The translations under genes and the position numbers were made by a program. 64,000 nt of DNA from assembly GCA_963719495.1 (NCBI GenBank), contig CAVRCI010000002.1:224001-288000 (forward strand), written 5' to 3'. Of the stretch, positions 8,692 through 18,084 are shown in pieces. A model generated the notes under the pieces. The model was not told the origin of the DNA. It was given only the letters and a program-made list of their open reading frames with translations, and searched no databases. Numbering within the stretch: position 1 is the first letter of the stretch; each line of letters begins with the position of its first letter. This DNA is from an uncultured Verrucomicrobiae bacterium. GTDB taxonomy: Bacteria > Verrucomicrobiota > Verrucomicrobiia > Chthoniobacterales > JAATET01.

Positions 8692-11040
8692 TCACCCGGC
8701 AAGCGTCTTCGCCGCCGCGTCGGCGTCGGGGGATGGCGTGATGCGGATGATGACGCTTTTGCTGGTGGGGGTGTTGCTCTCGTCGGCGGTGCTGCGAAGT
8801 GGGACGAGCACGTTGGTTTCCGGGAAATAGGTCGCGGTGCAGCGGGTGGGGAGATTGAACGGAGCGACTTGAAAGTGTCGGGCGTGCCGCTCCTCACCGT
8901 CGAACTCGCTGGTGAGGTCGACAATTTGTCCCTGCTGGAGCCCGGCCTCCTTCATATCGGCGGGATTCATGAAGACGACGCGACGGCCGTTGTGGATGCC
9001 ACGGTAGCGGTCGTCGAGGCCGTAGATGGTCGTGTTGAACTGATCGTGGGATCGGATCGTCATCATGACGTAGCGACCCTCGGGAATGGGGATGGCCTCG
9101 AAGGGCGTGGTCGAAAAGCGGGCCTTGCCCGTGGCGGTTCGGAATTCGCGCGCGTCGCGAGCCGGATTCGGGAGGTAAAAAATGTCCTTTTTGATACGCG
9201 CGTTGAAGTCTTCGAAGCCCGGGATGACCCGCTCGATGTGGTCGCGGATGCGGTCGTAATCGCCTTCGAGCGCGGGCCAATCGGCGGCGGTCGTGTCGCC
9301 GAGGACGGCGCGGGCGAGTCGGCAGACGATCGCGGGTTCGCTCAGCAGATCGGGGCTGGCGGGGCGCAGGTGGCCGCGGGACGGATTGATGACGCCCATG
9401 GAATCCTCGACGGTCACGAATTGATCGCCGCTGGCCTGGCGGTCGATCTCGGACCGGCCGAGGCAGGGGAGGATGAGGGCGGTGCGGCCGGTGATGAGGT
9501 GGGCGCGGTTGAGCTTGGTCGACACGTGCGCGGTGAGCGAGCAGCGTTGGAGGGCCGCGGCGGTAAACTCCGTGTCGGGCGTAGCGGAGAGAAAATTCCC
9601 GCCCAGCGCGAAAAAGACGCGGATCGGCCCGTCGTGCATCTGTTGGATGGCTTCGACTGTGTCGACGCCGTGTTTGGCCGGCGCATCGAACCGAAACTCC
9701 CGCCCGAGGTCGTCCATGAAGCGGCGATACATTTTCTCCCAGATGCCCATCGTTCGGTCGCCCTGGACGTTCGAGTGACCGCGGACCGGGCAGGGGCCCG
9801 CACCCTCGCGTCCGATGTGGCCGCCGAGTAGCAAAAAATTGACGACCTCTTTGATGGTCGCCACGGAGTTTTTGTGTTGGGTGAGTCCCATGGCCCAGCA
9901 GCAGATGATGCGTTTCGAACGGATCGCGATCGCGGCGGCTTTCTGAATCTGCTCGCGGGTGAGTCCGCTCGTGTCGGTGATTTCGTCCCAATCGGTGGCG
10001 CGCAGGGTGGCGAGGAAGGCGTCGAATCCATCCGTGTGGGTGGCGATGAAGTCGCGGTCGAACACGGCCGTGCCCGCGTCCTCGGCGGCGAGCATTTCCT
10101 TCATGATTCCGCGCAGGGCGGCCTGGTCGCCGTTGATGCGGACCGGGAGCCACAGATCGGTGAGCGTGGTCGCGCGGTTGAGCAGCATCGTGCCCGGCAA
10201 TTTGAGGATGTTCGGATACTCTTCCGGGTTTGGGTTGACGACCCGCATGAGGCCGGGCTCGGGCATGGGGTTGAGCGAAACGATGGTCGCGCCGCGCTCT
10301 TTGGCGTGCTGGAGCGACGTGAGCATGCGGGGGTGATTCGTCCCGGGATTCTGGCCGATGATGAAGAGGCAATCCGCCTTCTCGAAGTCGTCGAGCGTCA
10401 CGCAACCCTTGCCGACGCCGATGGTCTCGTTGAGGGCCGCGCCGCTCGATTCGTGGCACATGTTCGAGCAATCGGGCAGGTTGTTCGTGCCGAAGAGGCG
10501 GGCGAAGAGCTGATAGAGGAACGCGGCCTCGTTGCTGGCCCGGCCGCTCGTGTAGAAGGCGGCGGCGTCGGGCGTCGGCAGGGATTTTAACTCCTCACCG
10601 AGCAGCGTGAAGGCGTCGTCCCACGCGATCGGCTCGTAGTGGGTGGCGTCGGGACGGCGGACCATCGGGTGGGCGAGGCGGCCCTGCTTTTCCATCCAAT
10701 GATCGCTCTGGGCGGCGAGGTCGGCGATGGAATGCTCGGCGAAAAACTTGGGCGTGATGAGCTTGCGGGTCGCTTCGCTGGCGAGGGCCTTGGCTCCGTT
10801 TTCGCAGAACTCGAAGGTGTGGCGGTCGGCATCGGGGCTTGGCCAGGCGCAGCTTTGGCAATCGAAGCCGTCCTTTTGGTTCACTTTCGCCCAGGTCGAA
10901 AGACCGCGGATGACGCCGCTTTCGCGGGCCATGAATTTGAGGCTCTGCCAGACGGCGGGCATTCCGGCGGCGGTCTGGTGGGGGTGGCGTTGGTCGGCGG
11001 CCTTTGGTTCTTCGGGTGGCTGGGCTCCGGGGATGTTCAT
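8692..11040 (-). CDS. FdhF/YdeP family molybdopterin oxidoreductase
   Basis: GFDCQSCAWP, FEFCENG, FYTSGRASNE, NNLPDCSNMCHE, RGHSNVQG, TIRSHDQFNTTIYGLDDRYRG. Confidence 0.95.
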   Translation of the reverse strand: MNIPGAQPPEEPKAADQRHPHQTAAGMPAVWQSLKFMARESGVIRGLSTWAKVNQKDGFDCQSCAWPSPDADRHTFEFCENGAKALASEATRKLITPKFFAEHSIADLAAQSDHWMEKQGRLAHPMVRRPDATHYEPIAWDDAFTLLGEELKSLPTPDAAAFYTSGRASNEAAFLYQLFARLFGTNNLPDCSNMCHESSGAALNETIGVGKGCVTLDDFEKADCLFIIGQNPGTNHPRMLTSLQHAKERGATIVSLNPMPEPGLMRVVNPNPEEYPNILKLPGTMLLNRATTLTDLWLPVRINGDQAALRGIMKEMLAAEDAGTAVFDRDFIATHTDGFDAFLATLRATDWDEITDTSGLTREQIQKAAAIAIRSKRIICCWAMGLTQHKNSVATIKEVVNFLLLGGHIGREGAGPCPVRGHSNVQGDRTMGIWEKMYRRFMDDLGREFRFDAPAKHGVDTVEAIQQMHDGPIRVFFALGGNFLSATPDTEFTAAALQRCSLTAHVSTKLNRAHLITGRTALILPCLGRSEIDRQASGDQFVTVEDSMGVINPSRGHLRPASPDLLSEPAIVCRLARAVLGDTTAADWPALEGDYDRIRDHIERVIPGFEDFNARIKKDIFYLPNPARDAREFRTATGKARFSTTPFEAIPIPEGRYVMMTIRSHDQFNTTIYGLDDRYRGIHNGRRVVFMNPADMKEAGLQQGQIVDLTSEFDGEERHARHFQVAPFNLPTRCTATYFPETNVLVPLRSTADESNTPTSKSVIIRITPSPDADAAAKTLAG

Positions 11041-11091
11041 TGGCCGGAGGTTCTCACGAGGAACGTGTGGGCGAGAAGAGAAAGACTACGA

Positions 11092-11931
11092 TTAGGAGAA
11101 TGAGGGGATGCGGTGGCCGCCGGTGTAGACGTTGAATCGTCCGTCGCGGACGAATCCGATGAGGGTCGCGTCGTGGGCTTGGGCGAGTTCGACGGCGAGA
11201 CTGGACGGTGCGCCGACCGCGGCCAGGGTAGGAATGCCGGCGGCGAGCGCCTTTTGGATCAACTCGTAGCCGGCGCGGCTGCTGACGAAGAGAATCGTGT
11301 CGGCGAACGGAGGGGCGTCTCCGGCGAGGAGGCGCGAGCCGATGACTTTGTCGACGGCGTTGTGTCGGCCGATGTCCTCACGGTGATCGAGGAGGGTGCC
11401 GTTCGCGTTGAAGAGGGCGGCGGCGTGAATGCCGCCGGTCTGGTCGAAGTTGGCCTGCGCGGCGCGGAGTTTTGCGGGAAGGCCGTGGATGGTGTCGGCG
11501 CGGACGGGAGTGGTGGAATCGGGCTTGGGAAAGGCGTAGACGAGGTCGCCGAGAGAGGATTTGCCGCAGGTGCCGCAGGCGGCGGTGGCACCGAAGTTGC
11601 GATTGGCGCGGGTGAGGTCGACGGGGTTGTCGGGATGGAGTTCGACGCGGACGCGATCGGATGCGGTGTCGATGTAGGCGATGGCGGATGGGTCGGTGAC
11701 GATCTGCTCGGCGAAGAGGAAACCGACGGCGAGGGCTTCATCGTCGCCGGGGGTTCGGAGGGTGACGGAGATCGTGCGGTGGACGCGGTGACCGTCGCGG
11801 GTGAAGCCGAGTTCGATAGCCAGGGGTTCTTCGGTGGCGAGGACGTCGGTGGCGGGCGTGCTGGTGGTGCCGGTGTGGCGGCGGATCTGGCAGCGGCGGG
11901 TGGAGGATTCTTCGGGATAGTTGGCGATCAT
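11092..11931 (-). CDS. fdhD: Formate dehydrogenase accessory sulfurtransferase FdhD
   Basis: EEPL, RTPGDD..LAVGFL, ACGTCGK, FDQTGGIHAA, REDIGRHNAVDKVIG, GAPSSLA, GFVR; start placed at ATG 11931. Confidence 0.95.
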   Translation of the reverse strand: MIANYPEESSTRRCQIRRHTGTTSTPATDVLATEEPLAIELGFTRDGHRVHRTISVTLRTPGDDEALAVGFLFAEQIVTDPSAIAYIDTASDRVRVELHPDNPVDLTRANRNFGATAACGTCGKSSLGDLVYAFPKPDSTTPVRADTIHGLPAKLRAAQANFDQTGGIHAAALFNANGTLLDHREDIGRHNAVDKVIGSRLLAGDAPPFADTILFVSSRAGYELIQKALAAGIPTLAAVGAPSSLAVELAQAHDATLIGFVRDGRFNVYTGGHRIPSFS

Positions 11932-12129
11932 CGTTCGAGGTCGGAGCTTTGCGGGATCGGGCTGGGGTGCGAAGCGGAATCCGGCGGAGGGGATGAGGGT
12001 AGGGTGGCCGCGCCGCGGGTGGCCACTTTGGTTATGGGATGCGTGGGGTGAAGCTGGATCGCCGGTGGGCGCGATCGATGTGGCAGGATGGCGCGTTTCG
12101 GATCGTCGGTCGCGCTGGGAGAGGATCAC

Positions 12130-12155
12130 GGCACCCGGGGCCCGGCTGCCCTACC
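12130..12155 (-). repeat. REP-like hairpin (GGTAGGGCAGCCGGGCCCCGGGTGCC)
   Basis: GTAG tetranucleotide followed by an imperfect GC hairpin; intergenic. Confidence 0.55.
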
Positions 12156-12187
12156 AGCTTTTTGGACGAGGGGGCGGCGATGCCGCC

Positions 12188-13882
12188 TTAGACTCGGAAG
12201 ATGGCGCCGAGTTTCTTGCCGAGGATGAGGCTGGCTCCGAGGATGGTGATTCCGAGGAAGACCATGGCCCAGACGCCGAGGGCGCTGGCGATGAAGCGGC
12301 CTTCGCCTAGGAGCTGATACAACTCGTAGATCGCTTTGGTGATCGGGAAATCTTCCTGCTTCTGCGCGAGGATGAGGCTGTCGCTGACCTCCAGCATGGC
12401 GAACGAGAAGGCGAGGAGGCCGCCGGCCATGAGGTTGGCGGCGATGAGGGGAATGGTGATCTTGCGGAGCGTTTTGAGCGGAGGGCAGCCGAGGTTTTGA
12501 GCGGCTTCCTCCAGGGTGACGCTCGTTTGCTCGAAGCCGGCGGCGGCCGAGCGGACGACGTAGGGGAGGCGGCGGACGGCGTAGGCGATCACGAGGATGA
12601 GAAACGGGTCGATGGCGGGGTTCATGAACCCGAAGAGTTTGCCTTCCTGGGTCATCGCGAGGTAGCCGAATGCGAGGACGAGGCCGGGGACGGCTAGCGG
12701 GAGCATGGCCATGGCGTCGAGGATCTGACGCCCCGGGAGTTTGGTGCGGACGACGACGTAGGCGATGGCGATGCCGAGGACGATGTCGATGAGGGTCGCG
12801 AAGCCCGCGTATTTGAGGGAATTCTGAATCGAGGGGAGCGTGAGGTTGTGGCCGAGGGCGGCCTCGAAGTGTCCGAGCGTCCAGCCGGTCGGGAGGATCG
12901 TCCCATACCAATCGCCGGAGACGGAGACGAGGATGACGCCGATGTGCGGGAGGACGGCGATGAAGGTGACGAAGACGAAGGCCGCGGTGCAGAGCCAGGC
13001 TTTGCCGGGCGGGAGTGGTTTCGGGCCGCCGACGGAGGTCGCTTTGGCCATCATCGCGTGGGCGCTGCGGCCGAAGAAAAACTTGCTGACGGCGTAGGCG
13101 ATGACGGTCGCGAAGAGCATGACGGCGACGAGGGCGAACGGGAACGGGTTCCCGCCGATGTCCTTGATGCCGGAGAAGATCTGGACCGAGGTGACGCGGG
13201 TGAATTCGAACATGAGGGGGACGCCGAGTTCGGTGAAGGCCCAGATGAAGACGATGGTGCCGCCGGCGAAGAGGCCCGGCATGATGAGCGGGAGGGTGAT
13301 GATGCGGAATTTCCGGAAGCCCGTGCAGCCGAGATTCTCGGCGGCCTCTTCCATGGCCGGGTCGACGTTCGCGAGGGCGGCGACGAGGTTGAGGTAGAGG
13401 ATCGGGTAGAGGTGGAGAGCGTTCATGATGACCACGCCGGTGAGGCGGCTTTCGCCGAGCCAGTCGACGGGGTGGAGCGCGTTCATGAGACCGAGGGATT
13501 CGAGGAAGGCGTTGAGGGCGCCTTCCTGACCGAGAATTTGTTTCACCCCGATGGCTCCAACGAAGGGCGGGAGGATCATTGGGATGAGGACCATCGCGCC
13601 GAGGAGCGTCTTGCCGGGGAAGAGGAAACGGTCGGTGAGAAAGGCGAGGGGGAGGGCGATGGCGAGGGCGAGCAGCGTCGAGAAGACGGCCATGAGGAAG
13701 GAATTCCAGAGGCCTTCGAGGTAGATCGGGTTCTGGAAGACCTCGGCAACGTAGGCAAGGGTGAAGCCGCCGTCGGGGAGAAAGAACGCGCCGCCGAGCG
13801 TCTCGACGATCGGGTAGAGGAAGAAGAACGCGAAGAACGTCGCGGTGAGCGCGTAGATCGTGAGGGCGAGGGACTTGCTCAT
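12188..13882 (-). CDS. ABC transporter permease, Fe3+/FbpB-type (two fused BPD_transp domains)
   Basis: Two EAA motifs (MEEAAENLG, LEEAAQNLG); about 12 TM helices. Confidence 0.92.
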   Translation of the reverse strand: MSKSLALTIYALTATFFAFFFLYPIVETLGGAFFLPDGGFTLAYVAEVFQNPIYLEGLWNSFLMAVFSTLLALAIALPLAFLTDRFLFPGKTLLGAMVLIPMILPPFVGAIGVKQILGQEGALNAFLESLGLMNALHPVDWLGESRLTGVVIMNALHLYPILYLNLVAALANVDPAMEEAAENLGCTGFRKFRIITLPLIMPGLFAGGTIVFIWAFTELGVPLMFEFTRVTSVQIFSGIKDIGGNPFPFALVAVMLFATVIAYAVSKFFFGRSAHAMMAKATSVGGPKPLPPGKAWLCTAAFVFVTFIAVLPHIGVILVSVSGDWYGTILPTGWTLGHFEAALGHNLTLPSIQNSLKYAGFATLIDIVLGIAIAYVVVRTKLPGRQILDAMAMLPLAVPGLVLAFGYLAMTQEGKLFGFMNPAIDPFLILVIAYAVRRLPYVVRSAAAGFEQTSVTLEEAAQNLGCPPLKTLRKITIPLIAANLMAGGLLAFSFAMLEVSDSLILAQKQEDFPITKAIYELYQLLGEGRFIASALGVWAMVFLGITILGASLILGKKLGAIFRV

Positions 13883-13979
13883 TCGAGAGAATTAGTCATT
13901 GGAAATGCGCAATGAGAAAGGGTTGGCGGGCGGGTGGTCGTGAATTGATGTCTGTGGGCTTGGTGGGGGCGGTGGGGGG

Positions 13980-15602
13980 TCAAGGTGCGGCTTCGCCGTT
14001 GGGTTGGGTCGGCAGCCGGAGCGAAGCGGAGACAGGCGAAGCCAATTGCAAATCGCCGCTCGTTGACTGGAGCGGCTCGCCGGCTTCGCCGGGGTTGGCG
14101 GTCTTCGGCGGCTGGAAGCCGTCTCTCCTTGAAGCAGCTTCCGCCAATTCTTTGGCTTCCCGGTATTGCTTGCGGAAGTGGTCTCCGAGTTGCTTGGCCA
14201 GCTTCACTTCCACGAGGCGGTCGGGGTTTTTCAGGGTGGGTTTGATGACGTCCATTGCCTGTTGGTAGTCGACGGCGCTGATGTCGGTGAACTTTGCCAC
14301 GGCCTCGGATGGGAAGTCGGCGTCGATGATGGCTTTCCAGGCGGCGGCCTGCTCGTCGTGGGCGTCGAGGCAGGTGACGCGGATGATGAAACGGAGCGGG
14401 GAGAAGAGCGGGGCCGTCCAGGCTTCGTGGTAGGTGAAGAATTTGGCCTCCTCGTAGGGGAGGACTTCGGGGTCGGAGCGGAATTTGGTGAACTCGGGGG
14501 TGTAGAGTTCCTTGCGGACGGGGAGTCGGCGGAGGGCGTATTTGACGGGGCCACCGGGGGTGCCGACCTCGAAGTTCCAGAGCTTCTGACCTTCCAGCGA
14601 GAGGACGAATTCGATGAAGGCCTCCGCGACCGCTTTGTTGGGTGCTCCGCGGAGGAGGCCGATCGGATCGACGCCGACCGATGAGCCGCCGACGGGGGTG
14701 AAGTAGCCCATGCGGGACGGCTGGTCGCCAATTTTCACGGCTTCGCTCTGGAAGCGTCCGTAGAAATCGATGCACATCCCGATGGCCGCGTCGCCGAGCG
14801 AGACGTCCATCGGGACTTTGCCGGCGGATTCGGTGAAGTAGCGGGCGTTGGCGGAGGCTTTGAGGATGAGTTGGAGCCCGAGTTCCCAGCCTTTGGCGAT
14901 GGATTCGGGGGTCTCGTCCTCGAGGTCGACCTCCCGCTGCATCTGCTGCTGAATGACCATTTCGAAGGCTTTGGCGGCGGAGCCGGATTTCGTGGGATCG
15001 GCGAGGGCGACCTGTTTGAAGAAGAGCGGATCGGTGAGATCTTGCCAGCCGCTGGGGAGCTCCTTCACTCCCAGGCGCTCGAGGGAGTCGACGTTGTAAC
15101 AGATGCCGAAGGACGAGAGGCAGGTGCCGATCCACGCTCCGTCGGGGTCGTAGTAGGGTTCGCCGGAGACGGAGAGTGGGATGGTGGCTTCGTTGAACCA
15201 CTCGGGGTGCGTCTTGATGACGTCGCTGGGGACGAGGCGGCCGGCGGCGGCCTGGACCATGAAGTCGAACGCGCCGCCGCCGAAGAAGAGGTCGATGCCG
15301 ATGCCGGCGGTCGCGCCGCCGACGCGCTCGTCGGCGGTGAGGAATTCCGACTGGAGGTAGCGCGCGATTTCGCTGGTGCCGCCGACGAGGCGCCAATCGA
15401 CGCGGACGGTGCGGCCGGTCTTCGCCTGGTAGTATTCGGCGAACGCCCGGGCGAACTCGAAACGAATGGCTTCGTTGTGCGGCGTGACGATGACGACCGT
15501 GTCGTCGGCGGCGGCCAGGAGATTCTCGGTCGGGCGCAGGGCGAAGGGAACGCCGACAACGGAGACCAGCGCGAGGATGACGAGGATGATGCGGAGTTTC
15601 AT
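13980..15602 (-). CDS. ABC transporter extracellular solute-binding protein; the C-terminal tail derives from repeat DNA
   Basis: N-terminal signal/anchor; IDLFFGGG, LADPTKSGS, FIEFVLSLEGQKLW; lies between the ATPase and the permease. Confidence 0.9.
   Translation of the reverse strand: MKLRIILVILALVSVVGVPFALRPTENLLAAADDTVVIVTPHNEAIRFEFARAFAEYYQAKTGRTVRVDWRLVGGTSEIARYLQSEFLTADERVGGATAGIGIDLFFGGGAFDFMVQAAAGRLVPSDVIKTHPEWFNEATIPLSVSGEPYYDPDGAWIGTCLSSFGICYNVDSLERLGVKELPSGWQDLTDPLFFKQVALADPTKSGSAAKAFEMVIQQQMQREVDLEDETPESIAKGWELGLQLILKASANARYFTESAGKVPMDVSLGDAAIGMCIDFYGRFQSEAVKIGDQPSRMGYFTPVGGSSVGVDPIGLLRGAPNKAVAEAFIEFVLSLEGQKLWNFEVGTPGGPVKYALRRLPVRKELYTPEFTKFRSDPEVLPYEEAKFFTYHEAWTAPLFSPLRFIIRVTCLDAHDEQAAAWKAIIDADFPSEAVAKFTDISAVDYQQAMDVIKPTLKNPDRLVEVKLAKQLGDHFRKQYREAKELAEAASRRDGFQPPKTANPGEAGEPLQSTSGDLQLASPVSASLRLPTQPNGEAAP
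13990..14066 (-). repeat. REP-like family A, long form
   Basis: Near-identical to 30032-30108; shares core ATTGCAAATCGCCGCTC with 20588-20618 and 31628-31658. Confidence 0.9.
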
Positions 15603-15628
15603 CGCCGGAACTCTGCGATTAGGCGGTT

Positions 15629-15701
15629 TGGAGCGGCGATCTGGGAGCGCCGACGCGTCGACTCCTTGGCAAGCGACCGGCGGTCACAGGCCGCCGCTAC
15701 A
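15629..15701. repeat. REPIN-like inverted doublet of 24-nt REP hairpins
   Basis: TGGAGCGGCGATCTGGGAGCGCCG (+, 15629-15652) versus TGTAGCGGCGGCCTGTGACCGCCG (-, 15678-15701); 19/24 identical, inverted. Confidence 0.75.
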
Positions 15702-15720
15702 GGAAGCTGGATCGTGCGCC

Positions 15721-16779
15721 TCACTTCCGGATGATGACGACGTCGTCGCGGTGGGCGGTGGCGTGGAGGTCGCGGTCGGCGGAGCGGTGGGTGAGATCGG
15801 GGTTGAGCTCGAAGATCTTGAGCGACTCGGGGCCGGACTGGAATTGGTATTGGGCGACCTCGCCGAGGTAGATGGATTCGCCGATGCGGCCGGGGACGGA
15901 ATTTTCGCCGCCCGGATTGTCGCGGATGGTCCAGGCCTCCGGGCGGATCGAAAGAGTCACCGCCTCGCCGGTGGCGGGGGTCCAGTCGGTCTCGGCGACG
16001 ACGCCTTCGAACGTGCCGATGGCCGTTTCGACGGCGGTGCCGTGGGTTATTTTTCCGCTGATGAAATTGGTTTCCCCGATGAAGTCGGCGACGACGCGGG
16101 ACGTCGGGCGACGGTAGACGTCGGTCGGGGTGCCGATCTGGGCGATGTGGCCGCCTTCGAGGATGGCCATGCGGTCGGAGATCGAGAGGGCTTCCTTCTG
16201 GTCGTGGGTGACGTAGATGGCCGTGAGGCCGAATTCCTTGCAGATGCGACGGATCTCGGTGCGCATCTTGAGGCGGAGCTTGGCGTCGAGGTTCGAGAGG
16301 GGTTCGTCGAGGAGGAGGCAGCGAGGGCGGATGACGAGAGCGCGCGCCAGGGCGACGCGTTGCTGCTGGCCGCCGGAGAGCTGGCCGATCTTGCGCTCGG
16401 CGTAGGCGTCCATGTGGACGGAGGCGAGGGCTTCCTTCACGCGGGATTCGATCTCGGGCTTGGCGACCTTTCGCTCGACGAGGCCGAACGCGACATTTTG
16501 CGCGACGGTCATGTGCGGCCAGAGGGCGTAGCTCTGAAACATCATCCCGGTGTTGCGCTGGTGGGGTGGCAGGCGGGTGACGTCGTCGTCGTTGAAGAGG
16601 ATGCGACCGCCGTCCGGAACGTAGAAGCCAGCGATGTTGCGAAGAAGCGTCGTTTTCCCGCAGCCGCTGGGGCCAAGGAGGAAGAAAAGCTCGCCGGGTT
16701 CGATGCGGAAGGTGAGGCCGTCGAGTGCGACGTTGCCGCCGAATTTCTTCGTGAGATTCTCGATCGAAATGGAAATCAT
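15721..16779 (-). CDS. ABC transporter ATP-binding protein (FbpC/PotA-type, with TOBE domain)
   Basis: GPSGCGKT, LSGGQQQRVALARAL, LLLDEPLSNLD, YVTHDQ. Confidence 0.96.
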   Translation of the reverse strand: MISISIENLTKKFGGNVALDGLTFRIEPGELFFLLGPSGCGKTTLLRNIAGFYVPDGGRILFNDDDVTRLPPHQRNTGMMFQSYALWPHMTVAQNVAFGLVERKVAKPEIESRVKEALASVHMDAYAERKIGQLSGGQQQRVALARALVIRPRCLLLDEPLSNLDAKLRLKMRTEIRRICKEFGLTAIYVTHDQKEALSISDRMAILEGGHIAQIGTPTDVYRRPTSRVVADFIGETNFISGKITHGTAVETAIGTFEGVVAETDWTPATGEAVTLSIRPEAWTIRDNPGGENSVPGRIGESIYLGEVAQYQFQSGPESLKIFELNPDLTHRSADRDLHATAHRDDVVIIRK

Positions 16780-16860
16780 GCTGGGCGGAGTCTGGCTAAC
16801 GGATTTGCGGGGTTCACGCAACTCCCGATGCGCTGGGGAAGCAGGCTTCGGGCCGATTGG

Positions 16861-18020
16861 CAGGGTCTTTCGTTATGGGGACTCGAGAGGCAAGGATGTT
16901 GAAGGTGGCCCGAGGGTTGGAATCGAGAAGTTCGCGGATTTGAGGGAGGGAGTGGTCGGGGATAGTGTCGGCGAGTCGGGCGAGCAGGGCGCTGCGCAGA
17001 AGGGCAAGGTTGGCCAGGGCGTTGGGGTTGCGGGCGCGGTCCTAGCCCAGAAGGGCGTCGCGGTGCCAGTGGTTGCGGTTCTCGACTCCGGCCCCAGTGA
17101 CCGCGGATGAGGTCGAGCCATTGGGCGCTGGTGCAATGTCCGGGCGGGGCGCTGGAGAGGTGGTAGCGGGTTTCGGTGGAGGTGGCGGCGGATTTTTTCA
17201 GGGTTTGCTCGCAGCGCTGGGTGCCTTTCTTTCTGGTCGTAGACGGCGATGGCTTGGGGGGAGCCGTCTTCGTGCTGGGCGAGGGTCACTCCACCCGGCG
17301 CGGCGATGAGCGCACCCCGGCACTCGGGCGGCAACTCGCAGGCCCGCAGCCGCGCGCGGTCCCCGACCTCCAACTCTCGCAGCCAGAGCTTCTTGGGACG
17401 CTCGTTGGGGATGTAGAAGTCCGCCCGGTGCCGACTGTATCCCTCGCTCATTCCCACCGCCTCCCAGTTGCTGGCCACAATAACAGGTGCCCGCGTGGCT
17501 CTCCGGGTCGGTGAAACTTTCCGCCAAAAGCGGCCGGTAGCCAAAGCGCTCCAGCCATTGTCCTGGCAAGGCTCTCAACGCCGCTCCCATCGCCGCGCTG
17601 GCCAGATTGGGCTCCTGGCCCTTGGCCGCGAGCACCAGAAAGCGGCGGTTCTGCACGATCAACTTGAGCCGTTCCACGCGATGCGGCGAGCTCCAGCCAA
17701 TCCACAGATCCCGATCCTTGAGCGCGTAGCAGCTCGGTCCCCACACCAGTAGGGCCACCGCCCGCCCTTCGATCTCCACAATCTGCGGCCGGCTATCACC
17801 CACCGTTCGCCCCGCTCCCAAGTGATGATGCTCCCTTAAACTCTCGTCAAAACTGGCCACTTCTTCCGCCGTGGCCACTCGGGCTTCCAACTTCTGCCGC
17901 TTCTTCGATGGTGTTGTGTCTTTCATCCCACTCCATCCCATCGCCAAACGCTCTTTTTGTTTACCAAAAACGACCGCTCATCTCTCTCAATGACTTACGT
18001 CCGCAAAAAATTAGACCTTG
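16861..18020 (-). mobile_element. Decayed ISAs1-family insertion sequence with a DUF4338-fused transposase pseudogene
   Basis: The N-terminus from ATG 17926 is DUF4338-like (KDRDLWIGW, QNRRFLVL, NLAS, PLLAESFTDPESHAGTCY, then after a frameshift near 17477 ASNW). The C-terminus is ISAs1-like (IRGHWG / GVENRNHWHRDALLG*DR..NALANLALLR) with a TAG at 17042-17044. Putative ends CAGGGTCT (16861) and CAAGGTCT (reverse strand from 18020). Most of the DDE core is deleted. Confidence 0.85.
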
Positions 18021-18084
18021 GGTTGAGGGTTGATTGCTTTCGGCAAATCGTGATTCGCGGCCCTTTACCGGCTACTCCTCCGCA

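Noticed and set aside
8692..11040. Selenocysteine formate dehydrogenase
   Set aside because: The frame is open with no internal TGA; the ligand position is Cys (DCSNMCHE), typical of the YdeP type.
17198..17947. Druantia (DruA/DUF4338) anti-phage system
   Set aside because: The DUF4338-like segment is frameshifted and joined to ISAs1 transposase motifs between IS-like ends; no DruE helicase or other Dru genes are present.
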